From positions 1-63,590 of the IMG/VR virus record IMGVR_UViG_3300036394_000008: a stretch of 63,590 nucleotides of DNA. The stretch is one strand, 5' to 3'. The notes under the pieces were generated by a model. It worked only from the letters and a program-made list of their open reading frames with translations, was not told the origin of the DNA and searched no databases. Every line of letters starts with the position of its first letter. Positions within the stretch are counted from its first letter, which is position 1. Source of the DNA: a virus. Taxonomy: Duplodnaviria; Caudoviricetes. The position numbers were made by a program, and so were the translations under genes. This document shows, piece after piece, positions 1-9,731 of the stretch.

Positions 1-1149
1 CCGATACAGCAGCTCCATGTCGCCGTCGGTGAGATGCGTCCCCAGGAACGCGGCCATCAGCGGACGGTCGGTGACCGCCGTCAGGGTGTTGGCCTTCAGG
101 AAGGTCAGGGTGGTGGTCTGCGCGGACTGGACAACCGCCGAGGCGATGTCCCCGCCGACGTTCACGCCGTTGTGGAAGGCGCGGAAGGTCGAGGTGTTGT
201 TACGCGTCAGGGAGAACAGCGCCTGGCCATTGCCCCAATCGGCCGCCGCACCGATGGTGCTGACCGTGCCGCCCATGGCGCGGGCCTGCATCGTATTACC
301 CGAGGAGCCACGCGGCCCGATCAGGATTCCGGAGGTCGCCACGGCGTCGACTGCCCCGGCCGCCCAATTCGTGGACGAGCCCGAGCCCAAGTAACAGCCG
401 AAGCTGAAGTTGGCGCCGTCGATGCTGCTGAGCGGAATGCCGGTGTCGACGTAGTTCGCCGCCGCCGTGGAGCGGAAGCCGACACGCCCCTGCCCCGTCG
501 TCGTATTGTTGTACGAGGTGTCGAACGGCTGAACCATGCTGGTGAAGGTCGGTGCGCCGCCCTGGGACAGGTTGCCCGTGCCCGGGGTCTTCCAGTTGAT
601 CAGGCTGCCGGCCGCCACGTCGTCGGCGATCCAAAGGTGCGAAAGCTTCGCCCAGACCCCGGCATCCTTGAGCTTCTTGATCCAGTAATTTGCCGACCGC
701 TGCTTGCGGGCAGACATGGTGTTGGACGCTGCCGTCTTTGCCGCTGCGAGGGCGGTCGTTTGGGACTGAAGAGCGAAGTCAGCCAGCGCGATGGGGCCGA
801 CGGCTTCGCTATAGGCTGGAGCGGAGGCGCCAATGGCGCTGGTCGCAATCTCCCTGACACGGATATAGCGCCCGAACAGGTTCTCCCCGACGACGTAGGT
901 CGCTTCGGTCTGGCCCGAGATGGCAACCCAGGCTGAGACCCCATCCGGCGAATGAAACCACTGGTGAGTTCGGGCGAGAATAGGACCGTTCGCCCAAGTC
1001 CCGTTGCCGGCGACCAACTCTTCGTGGGTCTTGAGGAAACCCGAAACGGTCGGCACATCGACAATTTCCGGGATCTGTACGGGCGCGCCACCATCGGAGC
1101 CCCCTTGAACCATCGTCAGTCCAAGGCCCATCCCAAGCGAAAGCATCAT
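1..1149 (-). CDS. Head spike fibre / adhesin, RcGTA Rcc01080 (GhsB)-like N-terminus; 3' end runs off the window
   Basis: Absent from the ORF track because it has no stop in the window. Manual translation from ATG 1149 gives MMLSLGMGLGLTMVQGG..., an Ig-like segment (PTVSG..NGTW..HQWFHSPDGVSAWVAISGQTEATYVV..GRYIRVRE), then a beta-rich region; the frame is open to position 1. Confidence 0.7.
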   Translation of the reverse strand, partial: MMLSLGMGLGLTMVQGGSDGGAPVQIPEIVDVPTVSGFLKTHEELVAGNGTWANGPILARTHQWFHSPDGVSAWVAISGQTEATYVVGENLFGRYIRVREIATSAIGASAPAYSEAVGPIALADFALQSQTTALAAAKTAASNTMSARKQRSANYWIKKLKDAGVWAKLSHLWIADDVAAGSLINWKTPGTGNLSQGGAPTFTSMVQPFDTSYNNTTTGQGRVGFRSTAAANYVDTGIPLSSIDGANFSFGCYLGSGSSTNWAAGAVDAVATSGILIGPRGSSGNTMQARAMGGTVSTIGAAADWGNGQALFSLTRNNTSTFRAFHNGVNVGGDIASAVVQSAQTTTLTFLKANTLTAVTDRPLMAAFLGTHLTDGDMELLYR

Positions 1150-1209
1150 CAGAACCTCGATGTGTCGTAGATCAGATTGTGGGGAGCGGGTGCGCCGGAG
1201 CGCGGGCCG

Positions 1210-1644
1210 TCAGGCCAGACCGAGGACGCCGGCGGTATTTGCGGCGGTGAGTTGCACGACCCGCAGCGGCAGCATCTGACCGGCAGTCACCGGGATCAAT
1301 TTCGAATTGTTGTTCGTGGCGTCAGCGAGCTTCACGCCAAGGTTTCCCGCCAGGGTGATTACAATGGCGCGAACCGGCGTCACGAGAGCGGTCTCACCCG
1401 AGGTCGGGATGGCGACGAACCCAGTCGCCGGATCGGTCGCGGTGAGAGCCGACAGGTCCTCCGGCGAGGCGGTCGTAGGAACGCTCGCCGCCCGTGCTCG
1501 CTGCCCCTTCAGCTCGACGCCGTCCGCGTCGTTGAGTACCTGGCGCTGGAGTTGGACCTCATCACCGCCCTCGGTGATCTCATAGGTCGCGATCTTCTCA
1601 TCGCCGTTGCCAGGCGTGATACCTACTGCACTGGGAGTGCCCAT
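1210..1644 (-). CDS. Head spike base protein, RcGTA Rcc01079 (GhsA) family
   Basis: C-terminal DPATGFVAIPTS..VRAIVITLAGNLGV..VTAGQMLPLRVVQLTAANTAGVLGL matches the family pattern as recalled; directly upstream of the fibre gene. Confidence 0.75.
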   Translation of the reverse strand: MGTPSAVGITPGNGDEKIATYEITEGGDEVQLQRQVLNDADGVELKGQRARAASVPTTASPEDLSALTATDPATGFVAIPTSGETALVTPVRAIVITLAGNLGVKLADATNNNSKLIPVTAGQMLPLRVVQLTAANTAGVLGLA

Positions 1645-1653
1645 GAGCTGTCC

Positions 1654-1971
1654 TTAATCGGCTTGGGGAGCGAGGACGCACCGGTACTTCGGCGCGCCTT
1701 GATGGTCGAAGATCTCGGTCGCGAGAACCAACGCGCCTTCGGGCGGACTATCCGCCGGCGCTATGGCCTTAATTCCCCACTGGCCGCGGTCTTCGGCGGT
1801 GGAAAGCTCAAGCCAGTTGTGGGGAAATTTGAGATCGTAGGTCGTGGCCCTCTTCGGGCCGTTTGGAAGGTTGGGGTCCGCTGGACCAATGCTCTTGCCG
1901 CCGTCCCTCACCGTGAACGCGCCGCTGACCAGCACCCAAGCGCCGTCAATCTTCCGAGCATAATCGGGCAT
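1654..1971 (-). CDS. Hypothetical tail-region protein
   Basis: 105 aa ORF tightly packed in the tail operon. Confidence 0.65.
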   Translation of the reverse strand: MPDYARKIDGAWVLVSGAFTVRDGGKSIGPADPNLPNGPKRATTYDLKFPHNWLELSTAEDRGQWGIKAIAPADSPPEGALVLATEIFDHQGAPKYRCVLAPQAD

Positions 1972-1980
1972 TTCGCGTAC

Positions 1981-2928
1981 CTAGTTGAGGTTGCCGAAGG
2001 AGAATGTTGCGGACACGTAGCAAGACGCCTGCTGTCCAAGCGCGTCGGTCACGACGCAGAGGAAAGTGCCCCCGAAATCGCCGTCGTCGGCGGTGCTGTA
2101 ACTAAAGCTCCCCCCTGCGCCTCCGCCGCCTGATCCGACGCCGTTGACGCGGGCCCACGCGTAGGAATAGGGAGCCGTCCCGCCGGAAACGACAATCGAC
2201 GTCGATCCGGTGTTGCAGGTGTTTGAGAGGGTGAACCCGTACACCGACGACGGGCTCGCGGATGCGCTGAGCGGCGCCGGCGCCGTGCCGAGATTACGCA
2301 GCATGACCGTGCAGCTCGCCGAGGCCGTCTGCCCGATGGAGTCGGTTACGGTGACGCTCGCCGAACCCAACACGCCGCCCTGAGGCGGAAGCGCACGTGA
2401 GAAGGTCCGAGACGCTCCGCTCCCCGACATACTGAAGTCGCCGCCGTAGCTCCACGAGTAGGAGTACGGCGGGACGCCTCCCGAAGCTGAGACGCTCGCG
2501 CTCCCCGAAACGGTGACGGTGCCAGACGAGATCTGCGAGGCGTCGACGTTGCCCGGGCCGCTGATCGAGAGCGAAGGGTAGTCACGCCGCAAATTGATCG
2601 TGACGTTGCCCGTGGAGAGCGTCTCGCCGGTCACCGCATCCTTCACGGTCGCGCGCCAGACCGCCGAACGACTTTCGCCCGACCCTACCCCTGTCGCCTG
2701 AAACGCCGTCGTTGCAGAGTTTGGAGTCGTCGCCACAATCGTGGCGCTGCCGCTCACGTAGGACCACGTCGTATCGACCAGACCAGAGCCGCCGGTCCTA
2801 GTTGCGGTCACCGATCCAGATGTCACGGTTGAGCCGGTGCTCGAGCCGGCGACGGTCGTCTGCGACAGCCCGACGGCTAGAGGCGGATAGGCTGAGCCCA
2901 TCATCAAAGCCGCAGCACCGATCGCCAT
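1981..2928 (-). CDS. Ser/Thr/Gly-rich fibre protein with three Ig-like repeats
   Basis: Repeated motifs TGGSGLVDTTW, SGGVPPYSYSW and SGGTAPYSYAW, each followed by a V(T/K)D-x-x-G strand. Confidence 0.75.
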   Translation of the reverse strand: MAIGAAALMMGSAYPPLAVGLSQTTVAGSSTGSTVTSGSVTATRTGGSGLVDTTWSYVSGSATIVATTPNSATTAFQATGVGSGESRSAVWRATVKDAVTGETLSTGNVTINLRRDYPSLSISGPGNVDASQISSGTVTVSGSASVSASGGVPPYSYSWSYGGDFSMSGSGASRTFSRALPPQGGVLGSASVTVTDSIGQTASASCTVMLRNLGTAPAPLSASASPSSVYGFTLSNTCNTGSTSIVVSGGTAPYSYAWARVNGVGSGGGGAGGSFSYSTADDGDFGGTFLCVVTDALGQQASCYVSATFSFGNLN

Positions 2929-2929
2929 A

Positions 2930-3850
2930 TTAGGAGACCTTGTTGAAGCGGGCGTCGAGGATTGGGCCAGTCAGGTCCAGGACCTCCCAGCGAATTACGT
3001 CGAGCGCATTGGCGGCCGTGGAGAGAACCGGTGTCCCGGCCGCACCGAATTTGAAGGCCGCAGGGATGATCAGCGTTCGCGGCCCGCCGCTCGGCGGCTG
3101 CTTGATCTTCAGGGTGTAGGTTCGGCCCAGCCGCATGTTCGACGGTAGGCCGAGTGTCCGGTTCCCGCCGAGAACGACCTCGGCCTTGTAGCCCTGTGTG
3201 GCAGTATTCCAGTCGATGGTGGCGGCGTCGGTTAGCACCTGGAACTCATCGGCCGCTGCCAGGACCGCTGGGCTCACCGACTTCCCGCCCGCCGTCCCGG
3301 CCCAGATATCTTCCTTCGTCGCGGCGGGTAGAGCCCCAGGCGCCGACAGCGCGAAGACCCAATTGGAATAGGAGCCTGAACCCTCCGCATTGCGGGCGTC
3401 AAAGGTCATCGCACCGGTCGCCGGGTCGTAGGTAAGGACGCGACCGTCCATCGCCTTGGCGCCGTCGCCCGACACAGAGAACGTGCCGTACTGGCCCTGC
3501 CGGATCGCCTTGCCGGTCTGAATCGTCGGGCTCTTGGTCCCAACGCCGAGTGCCATGGTGGTTGTTGAAGTCGCCGAGGTCCCGGGCGCGTTTACTGCGG
3601 TCAGCGCGAACTGTTCCGCCTGGTTGCGGGCGAGCTGCGACGCGTCAAGGTCCTCACCCGTCGTTAGAGCGGCGGCCTCAGCAGCCTTGGCGTTGTCCTC
3701 GGCTGACTTCCCGATGGCTTGAACGCTTAGTCCGAACGGCGACAGGCTAGCCGCGAAGGCGTCGGCGTCGTCGTTGAACGTCTCTGTCGGCGCATTGCGT
3801 TGGGGCGCCGTCGTGACGTTGGAGAGCGGAGGCGTGGGGACGACAGCCAT
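2930..3850 (-). CDS. Tail fibre / tail-tip protein
   Basis: 306 aa; LTDAATIDW..LGGNRTL..QPPSGGPRTL..PVLSTAANALD C-terminal domain typical of phage fibres; position in tail operon. Confidence 0.7.
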   Translation of the reverse strand: MAVVPTPPLSNVTTAPQRNAPTETFNDDADAFAASLSPFGLSVQAIGKSAEDNAKAAEAAALTTGEDLDASQLARNQAEQFALTAVNAPGTSATSTTTMALGVGTKSPTIQTGKAIRQGQYGTFSVSGDGAKAMDGRVLTYDPATGAMTFDARNAEGSGSYSNWVFALSAPGALPAATKEDIWAGTAGGKSVSPAVLAAADEFQVLTDAATIDWNTATQGYKAEVVLGGNRTLGLPSNMRLGRTYTLKIKQPPSGGPRTLIIPAAFKFGAAGTPVLSTAANALDVIRWEVLDLTGPILDARFNKVS

Positions 3851-5544
3851 CAGACAAGGCTCTCCACTTGGATGTTGAGGCGGGAATCTTGGGCGGAGGC
3901 GATCACGACCGCGTAGTCGTTGTAGAAGCCGAAAACGACCGTCGAGCCGTAGCGCTCGGAGCCCAGGTAGACGACGGGCGTGGCGCGGTAACCGTCGAGT
4001 AGATCGACCACTCCGTCGATCGCGCTGTTGTCCACCAGGACGTCGAACGAGGCTCGCCGGCTGAAGGGTCGTTTCGCAATTTTGGCGTTGCCGAAGCTGT
4101 CGCGATCTTTGCGGCTGTAGTCCTGGTTGCCGATCTGGGGCTTTTCCAGGGTGATCCCGATGTCACGGCCCTGGCCGATCACACAGGCGCCGCAGCGCAC
4201 CGTGTTTCCAGGGTTCGACAGGGTGATCGTGATCTGAGCGCCGGAGTATGGCGGCAGGTCCAATAGGACCTTCTGGGTCACGCGCTGGATGTCGGCGAAG
4301 AACCAGCTCCACCAATTATTGATGCCGTTCGTGCCGATCAGGCTGACTTCGCGGTCGTAGACGATGCCCTCGGCCGCATCGGTCACGGTGACGCGCATTG
4401 CAGCGGCGTCGATGTTCATCAGCGCGAGCGCAGTGATCCGTTTGGGCGCGGTGATGACGACGCTGATGCTGTCGGCGTCGGCAGTTTGAGAGCCGATGAC
4501 GTCATCGAACATCCGCCAGCGGTTCGTCGATCCCGCTTCCAACCACCACTCGGTGTCCGTGAGGGCGTGGCCGATGTTCGGCCCCTTGAGTGACAGGAAG
4601 ATCTTATGGGCGAGATCCCCTGCGCCGCGGACGATGTCGTCCTCGGCATAGGTGTCGCCAACCAGCCAGACTGGTTCGTTTTCCTCGACGCTTGAGACCA
4701 ACATCGGTGTTCCGACGTCAGCAGCACGGGCCACGGCTGTTGCGCCCGTCGCGACGTAGGAGGTGACCAGACCAGCCTTCAGGTCGGCGCCCCACGCCTC
4801 AACGCCGGCGATCTCGTCGCCTTCGAACGAGGTCACGCCGTTTCCAACCGTCAGCGTGAGCCCGAACGTAGTTGCCCCCGCGACCGCGCCCTCGAGCTCC
4901 AGGCGATACCAACCAGCAGCTAGCGCGATCAGACGTGCGTTTACGAACGACGCGCCGGCGCCGAAAGACCCGGCCGCCGGGATATCTCCGGTGACGAGGT
5001 TGGCGATCATTTCAAACCCAGCCGCTTCCCCGGCAGGCGCGCAGCGGAAACGGGCTGTGGCGTGGCCCGCAGCTCGCAGAAAGATCGATGCGCCGACCAC
5101 TCCCCCTGCGGCTACGACAGCGGCGGAGCCCATCTTCGCCGCCTGGTGGTCAGCGGTGTCCGTAGTCGTGGGGCGGATCAGATCCGACGTCGCCGTACCG
5201 TCGGGTGCCGTGCTGACGTTCGCATGGATCGTCGCGTCGCTGGCGGTCCAGGTGGTCAAATCCTGGCTCTGCAACATCACGTTCGTCCCGGCCGCCTCTG
5301 CGAGGAACTGAGGCGGCGCGGCTGGGACGATGGACATGCCCGGCAGCGGTATCGTCGGGAGCAGCAGCGAGGGCCCCGCCAACCACCCTGCCGGCGCGTA
5401 GGTGCGCTTTTCCGGCGGATAGTTCAGTCGCGGCACGTTCACCGGCGCAACGCCGAGACGGCCGTCGACGGTGTAAAAGGAGGCTGTGGACGCGCGGCTG
5501 AAGGCTCCGGTGTCGCTGACCGCGACGGGTGCGATCAGGATCAT
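3850..5544 (-). CDS. Distal-tail/baseplate-like virion protein with inserted carbohydrate-binding-like domain
   Basis: Follows the tape measure gene. Core has TNRWRMFD and DYSRKDRDSFGN; N-terminal insert has EAAGTN..APDG..GWYR..WGADL..TSYV..RAAD. Confidence 0.65.
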   Translation of the reverse strand: MILIAPVAVSDTGAFSRASTASFYTVDGRLGVAPVNVPRLNYPPEKRTYAPAGWLAGPSLLLPTIPLPGMSIVPAAPPQFLAEAAGTNVMLQSQDLTTWTASDATIHANVSTAPDGTATSDLIRPTTTDTADHQAAKMGSAAVVAAGGVVGASIFLRAAGHATARFRCAPAGEAAGFEMIANLVTGDIPAAGSFGAGASFVNARLIALAAGWYRLELEGAVAGATTFGLTLTVGNGVTSFEGDEIAGVEAWGADLKAGLVTSYVATGATAVARAADVGTPMLVSSVEENEPVWLVGDTYAEDDIVRGAGDLAHKIFLSLKGPNIGHALTDTEWWLEAGSTNRWRMFDDVIGSQTADADSISVVITAPKRITALALMNIDAAAMRVTVTDAAEGIVYDREVSLIGTNGINNWWSWFFADIQRVTQKVLLDLPPYSGAQITITLSNPGNTVRCGACVIGQGRDIGITLEKPQIGNQDYSRKDRDSFGNAKIAKRPFSRRASFDVLVDNSAIDGVVDLLDGYRATPVVYLGSERYGSTVVFGFYNDYAVVIASAQDSRLNIQVESLV

Positions 5545-8500
5545 GCGGCTTCCTTGGTTGAAACGGGCTCGTCAGGCATCTCGCCGCGAACGAAGACGCC
5601 TTGGCTTTCTTGCCGCTGACCGCGACGGTCGATGTTGCTGTTCGTCTTGGCGATCGCGACCAGCGCGTCTTCCAGGCGTTGGACCTGGTTGCGCAGGCTG
5701 CGGATCTCGTTGGCCGTCTCACCGCCGCCGCCGACGGCATGAACGCCCATCTTCCCGCCAACATTCGCCAGCGGAAGGATGCTCTCCGGGCCAGCCTCTC
5801 CGCCGATCCCGCTCTCGCCAAGCGTCATCGGGCGATGGATGATGCCGCCCGTCGCGTAGGGCGTGCGGCCTTCGCCCTTGCCGTACTTGTTCCAGTGCCA
5901 CTCGCCATAGCCGGTGACGCTCTGGACGCCGATCTGGGCGAGGTTGGCCCTGCCCTTGGCGCTGGACATCTCCCGCAGGTAGCCGGCGGCGACGTCGGAA
6001 TAGTGCGCGATGTAGGACGCCCAGTCGGCCTGGCGCGGGGTGGCGGCGTTGTCGTTTGCTGGCGCAGTCGCTGTGGGCGCCGGTGTGCTGGTCACTGGGG
6101 GCGTTGAAACTGCGGCCTGCTGAGCGGCCACGGCGCCCTGATAGCTGGCCAGGGCATCGCGCACCGACAGGACCGAGGCGTTGACCTGCAGGATGCCGGC
6201 CACCGACGCGTTGAGGGCGCTGAGCTGCTGGTCGGCCAGGGTCACCTGGTTCGCCGCCGCTGCCTCCGCCGCGCGAATGGCGTTCTGAACGGTGGCCACG
6301 TTCTGGCGATGCTCAAGCAGCGACTTCGCGCTCTCCTGCGACGCCTGAATGAAGGCTTGGGCCGACGAGTTGAGCCCAGCCATCGCATCAGGATCGCCAG
6401 TGGCAGCCGAGGCCGCCTGACCGAGGAAATCACGACGCGTGCGCTCCAGGCTCGCGCCCGGGCTTACATCGAGGAGCGGGTCCAGGCTGACGCGGAGGTC
6501 CTTGAGCGATTTGCCCAGGTCGCGGAACTTGTCTCGCGTGGTGGTGATCGCGCCGGCTTCGCGTTCGTAGGCCTCCGACAGGGCGTCGCGCGCATCATTC
6601 ACGCGCTCGGCTGCGGCTTCCACCGCCTGGACCTGCGCAAGATAGGCGCGGTTGGCCGCGTCAGCGGCCGCCAGCTCGGCGACATTGCGGGCCGCCAGGA
6701 CGCCGGCAGCGTTACCCAGCGCCTCCATCATCCGGATCTCGAAGCCCGCGCGCTCCTCGCTTACGGCCTTTGCCTTGGCGAGCGCGTCGGCCTCATCGTC
6801 CAGCGCCCAGATCCGCTTTTGGATCTCGCGCAGGGTCGGATCGAGAGCGTTGAGCTCGCCTTCGCGACGGAGGGCCGTGGCCTGCAAGGCCTTGCCCTGC
6901 CGGTCCAACAGGTCGGCCTCAAGGCTCCGCTGCGCATTGGCCAGTTGCGTGACCCGCGCGATCTCCGCCTCGGCCTTCGCCGCGGCCTCTTGGTTCTTCC
7001 GCGCCTTCTCAGCCTTGTTGCCGCTCAGCAGTCCTGCGATGCCGCCGATTGCCGCGCCAGCAAGCGCTCCGAGCGGGTTGCCGCCCGTAAGGGTCAGACC
7101 GGCCATAGCTCCGCTGGACGCGCCACTGATCGCGCTGCCGGCTTTACCTCCGACCGCGCCGCCGATCATTTGGCCGATGCCGGCGATGGCGCCGATCTTG
7201 TCGCCAATCGTGGAGCCTTTCTTGAAGGCTTCCTTCAGGGTCCCGATGGCTTCCACAATGGAGTTGGCGAGGGCGTTCCAATCCTGCCGCTCGAACGCGC
7301 TGCTCACGTCGTTCATCGCATTGACGACGCGGCGGAAGGTGTCCTGGAAGTTGCCGGTCGCTGCCTTCGTCTCGTTGCCGTGGATCACGGCAAGGCGCTC
7401 AAGCATGGCGCGCGCGATCTGCTTTTCGGCTTCGTTCGCAGTCTCGGAAGCAACGATCCGCTCAAGGCCGAGCCGCTCGAGGTCCTGCTCGATTTTCAGC
7501 CTCTCTAGGCTCAGGGCCCGGCGCTGGAACTCGTATCGAGCAATCGCCTCTTGGCTCGCCAGCACGCGCAGCTGCACGTCAGCTTCGCCCTTCCGCACGC
7601 TGTAGGCTTCCCTGGCAAACGCCTCAGCTGCGGTTTGGTCAATGGCCTGTTCGCGATAGGCAGCAGCCCGGGCGTTTATGCTGCGGACAATCTCGATCTG
7701 AGCGGTGAGCTCGGCCTTCTTGGCGTCGCTCAGGCCGTCGTCGTCGGCGATGCTGGCGGCCTGGCGGTCGAGCTGAGCAGCCTTCACGGCCTCTTGGGCG
7801 CGCGCGATTTGCCGCTCGATGTCGGCGCGGGCCTGGATCTCGCGGGTTACAGCCAAACGCGCTTGAAGTTCTGCAGCCAAGGCCGCCTGGATCAGGCCTT
7901 CAATCTGCGCAGTGCGCTCTGCCGTCTGGTCGCGCGGTGTTGCCGCCGTCGAGCCTTTAGGGCCGGCTTTGGCGTCGCCTGCGTCTTTGCGCGCCTTGTC
8001 TTGAGCGATCCTCACTGCGCCGCTCTTGATCTCGCTGCCGATCGTCTTCATCCCACCTCGGACGTCGTCGATTGATTGCTTGATCTGCGAGGCGATGGCC
8101 TTGCCGACGAACTCAGCGGCGCCGCTCGCGTCAGCCTTGAAGCCGGACAGGTCGACAGCTCCCAGACGCGGCATGGCGGCGCCTGTGAGCCGGCTGGCCG
8201 CGTCGATCACCATGTTGATCCCCGCAATGTGCGCGTTGATCATCATCTGGAGACCGTCGATGGCCTTGTTATAGGTCGCGGCCAGGATCGACCCGATAGC
8301 CGCCGGGAAGTTGCGCCAGTTGTCGATGATCGCCCGGTACGCGCCGATGAACCCACCGATGATGACCGCGGTGCCCTCGAAGGCGACCTTCGTCATGAAG
8401 TCGAGCGTGGCGTTCCACTTCTCGCCCAGCCAATCCAGCGCCGAGCCGAGGGGACCCGAAGTCAGGTAGTTGCCCATCACGTCCAGGGTCGACTTGAAAG

Positions 8501-9308
8501 TGTCGCCCATGGTGACGGTGCGGCTCTCGACGCGCTTGAGCTGCTCCTCGGTGAGCCCCAGGCCGTCGGTGATGTCCTTCGGATAGTCCTTGGCCAGCTC
8601 GCGGTTCATCAGCGCGAAACCGGCCGCCGCCGCGCCCGCGACCGCGATCAACGGTGCGAGAGCGACCATCGCCGGCACGGCGGCAGCCGCCATCCCGCGC
8701 AGGGCCGCCGTCAGGCCAACGCCCTGCATCCTCATCAGCGCCAGTTGGTCGACGATCTGCGGACCCTGTTGGATCAGGATCATGAACGGGTTCATGCCCA
8801 TCGCGCCGGTGACCATGATGTCGGCGAACTGGCGCGAGAGACCTAGCCCGGCTTGGGACAGGTGCTTTGAGCTCACTTCCGCTTTGGCATGCGAGGCGGT
8901 TACCGCGCCCATCTGGCGCACGTACTGCTGGGAGAAGTCGCGCTGTGCGGCGTCGTAGATCGCATCGAAGTGGTGGGCCGTGGCGCTCGCCTGCGCCCCA
9001 GCCTTCGCCATAGCCGGCGTCGCCGTAGTCATGGCCGTGGCAAGGTTGCGGGTGGCGGCCGAGGCGCTATCAGCCGCCGCGACAACACCGCGCTGCGATT
9101 GAGCCAACAGGTTCATCTCGCCGACCGACTTCTCGATCGACGCGATCATCTGCATCAGGGCGCTGCCGGAGGAGCGCGAGCTGGCGGCAAGGGCGTCGGT
9201 CGCGCGCTCAGCTTTGGCCGAGGTGTCGGCGAGCTGATCGAGCTTACGGTTGCCCTCGTCGACGCCCTGCGTCTCGAAGACCATGCCGAGGACGGCAAGA
9301 TCGGACAT
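5541..9308 (-). CDS. Tail length tape measure protein
   Basis: 1255 aa, Ala-rich helical; lambda-type TMP motif QFADI..GMNPFMILIQQGPQI; C-terminal GEAGPESILPL. Confidence 0.95.
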   Translation of the reverse strand: MSDLAVLGMVFETQGVDEGNRKLDQLADTSAKAERATDALAASSRSSGSALMQMIASIEKSVGEMNLLAQSQRGVVAAADSASAATRNLATAMTTATPAMAKAGAQASATAHHFDAIYDAAQRDFSQQYVRQMGAVTASHAKAEVSSKHLSQAGLGLSRQFADIMVTGAMGMNPFMILIQQGPQIVDQLALMRMQGVGLTAALRGMAAAAVPAMVALAPLIAVAGAAAAGFALMNRELAKDYPKDITDGLGLTEEQLKRVESRTVTMGDTFKSTLDVMGNYLTSGPLGSALDWLGEKWNATLDFMTKVAFEGTAVIIGGFIGAYRAIIDNWRNFPAAIGSILAATYNKAIDGLQMMINAHIAGINMVIDAASRLTGAAMPRLGAVDLSGFKADASGAAEFVGKAIASQIKQSIDDVRGGMKTIGSEIKSGAVRIAQDKARKDAGDAKAGPKGSTAATPRDQTAERTAQIEGLIQAALAAELQARLAVTREIQARADIERQIARAQEAVKAAQLDRQAASIADDDGLSDAKKAELTAQIEIVRSINARAAAYREQAIDQTAAEAFAREAYSVRKGEADVQLRVLASQEAIARYEFQRRALSLERLKIEQDLERLGLERIVASETANEAEKQIARAMLERLAVIHGNETKAATGNFQDTFRRVVNAMNDVSSAFERQDWNALANSIVEAIGTLKEAFKKGSTIGDKIGAIAGIGQMIGGAVGGKAGSAISGASSGAMAGLTLTGGNPLGALAGAAIGGIAGLLSGNKAEKARKNQEAAAKAEAEIARVTQLANAQRSLEADLLDRQGKALQATALRREGELNALDPTLREIQKRIWALDDEADALAKAKAVSEERAGFEIRMMEALGNAAGVLAARNVAELAAADAANRAYLAQVQAVEAAAERVNDARDALSEAYEREAGAITTTRDKFRDLGKSLKDLRVSLDPLLDVSPGASLERTRRDFLGQAASAATGDPDAMAGLNSSAQAFIQASQESAKSLLEHRQNVATVQNAIRAAEAAAANQVTLADQQLSALNASVAGILQVNASVLSVRDALASYQGAVAAQQAAVSTPPVTSTPAPTATAPANDNAATPRQADWASYIAHYSDVAAGYLREMSSAKGRANLAQIGVQSVTGYGEWHWNKYGKGEGRTPYATGGIIHRPMTLGESGIGGEAGPESILPLANVGGKMGVHAVGGGGETANEIRSLRNQVQRLEDALVAIAKTNSNIDRRGQRQESQGVFVRGEMPDEPVSTKEAA

Positions 9309-9323
9309 CTACGCCTCCCTCGG

Positions 9324-9731
9324 TTAGGTGTGCTCTTGGGCTTTGCGGCGCGCGATGCCGCGGAAGAGATCGCGGATCCCGCGAGGATTGCTGACGGGGA
9401 TCTGGCTACCGCCACTCTGGCCGCTGGCATCGTTCTCGGCCGGCTTGGCGGCCTGCTCGGCGATGATCGCCAGGATGGCGTCGTCTATCCGAACGATCAG
9501 ATCAGTTTCCCAGGCCGACAGGTCCATGCAGGTCCTGCGGCTGAAGGCGTCGATGGCTTCGTACGTGATGGGGTTGGCCGCCATGCCCGACTGGCGGCGA
9601 CGGGACAGCTTCTTGAACGCCGACCAGATGGGCCGGAGCGGCTCCGGGAAGGGGGGCAGTTCGCCCTTCCCTCCCCGATATGAGGCCTCAGCGTAGGCGA
9701 CTAGGCGCCGGGCGAGGCCGTCAAGAAATTT
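9324..9731 (-). CDS. Tail assembly chaperone gpT-equivalent segment, reached by -1 frameshift
   Basis: The -1 frame from the slippery site is open (FLDGLARRLVAYAE..PIWSAFKKLSRRRQSGMAANPITYEAIDAF) and joins ORF 9324..9584. Confidence 0.85.
   Translation of the reverse strand, partial: KFLDGLARRLVAYAEASYRGGKGELPPFPEPLRPIWSAFKKLSRRRQSGMAANPITYEAIDAFSRRTCMDLSAWETDLIVRIDDAILAIIAEQAAKPAENDASGQSGGSQIPVSNPRGIRDLFRGIARRKAQEHT

Noticed and set aside
17-1170. ORF-track calls 17..394+, 34..936+, 296..634-, 600..1094-, 952..1170+
   Set aside because: Shadow frames of the real minus-strand gene 1149..<1, which the track missed because it has no stop codon in the window.
1981-5544. Diversity-generating retroelement or invertible tail-fibre cassette
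   Set aside because: No reverse transcriptase, invertase or template/variable repeat pair seen.
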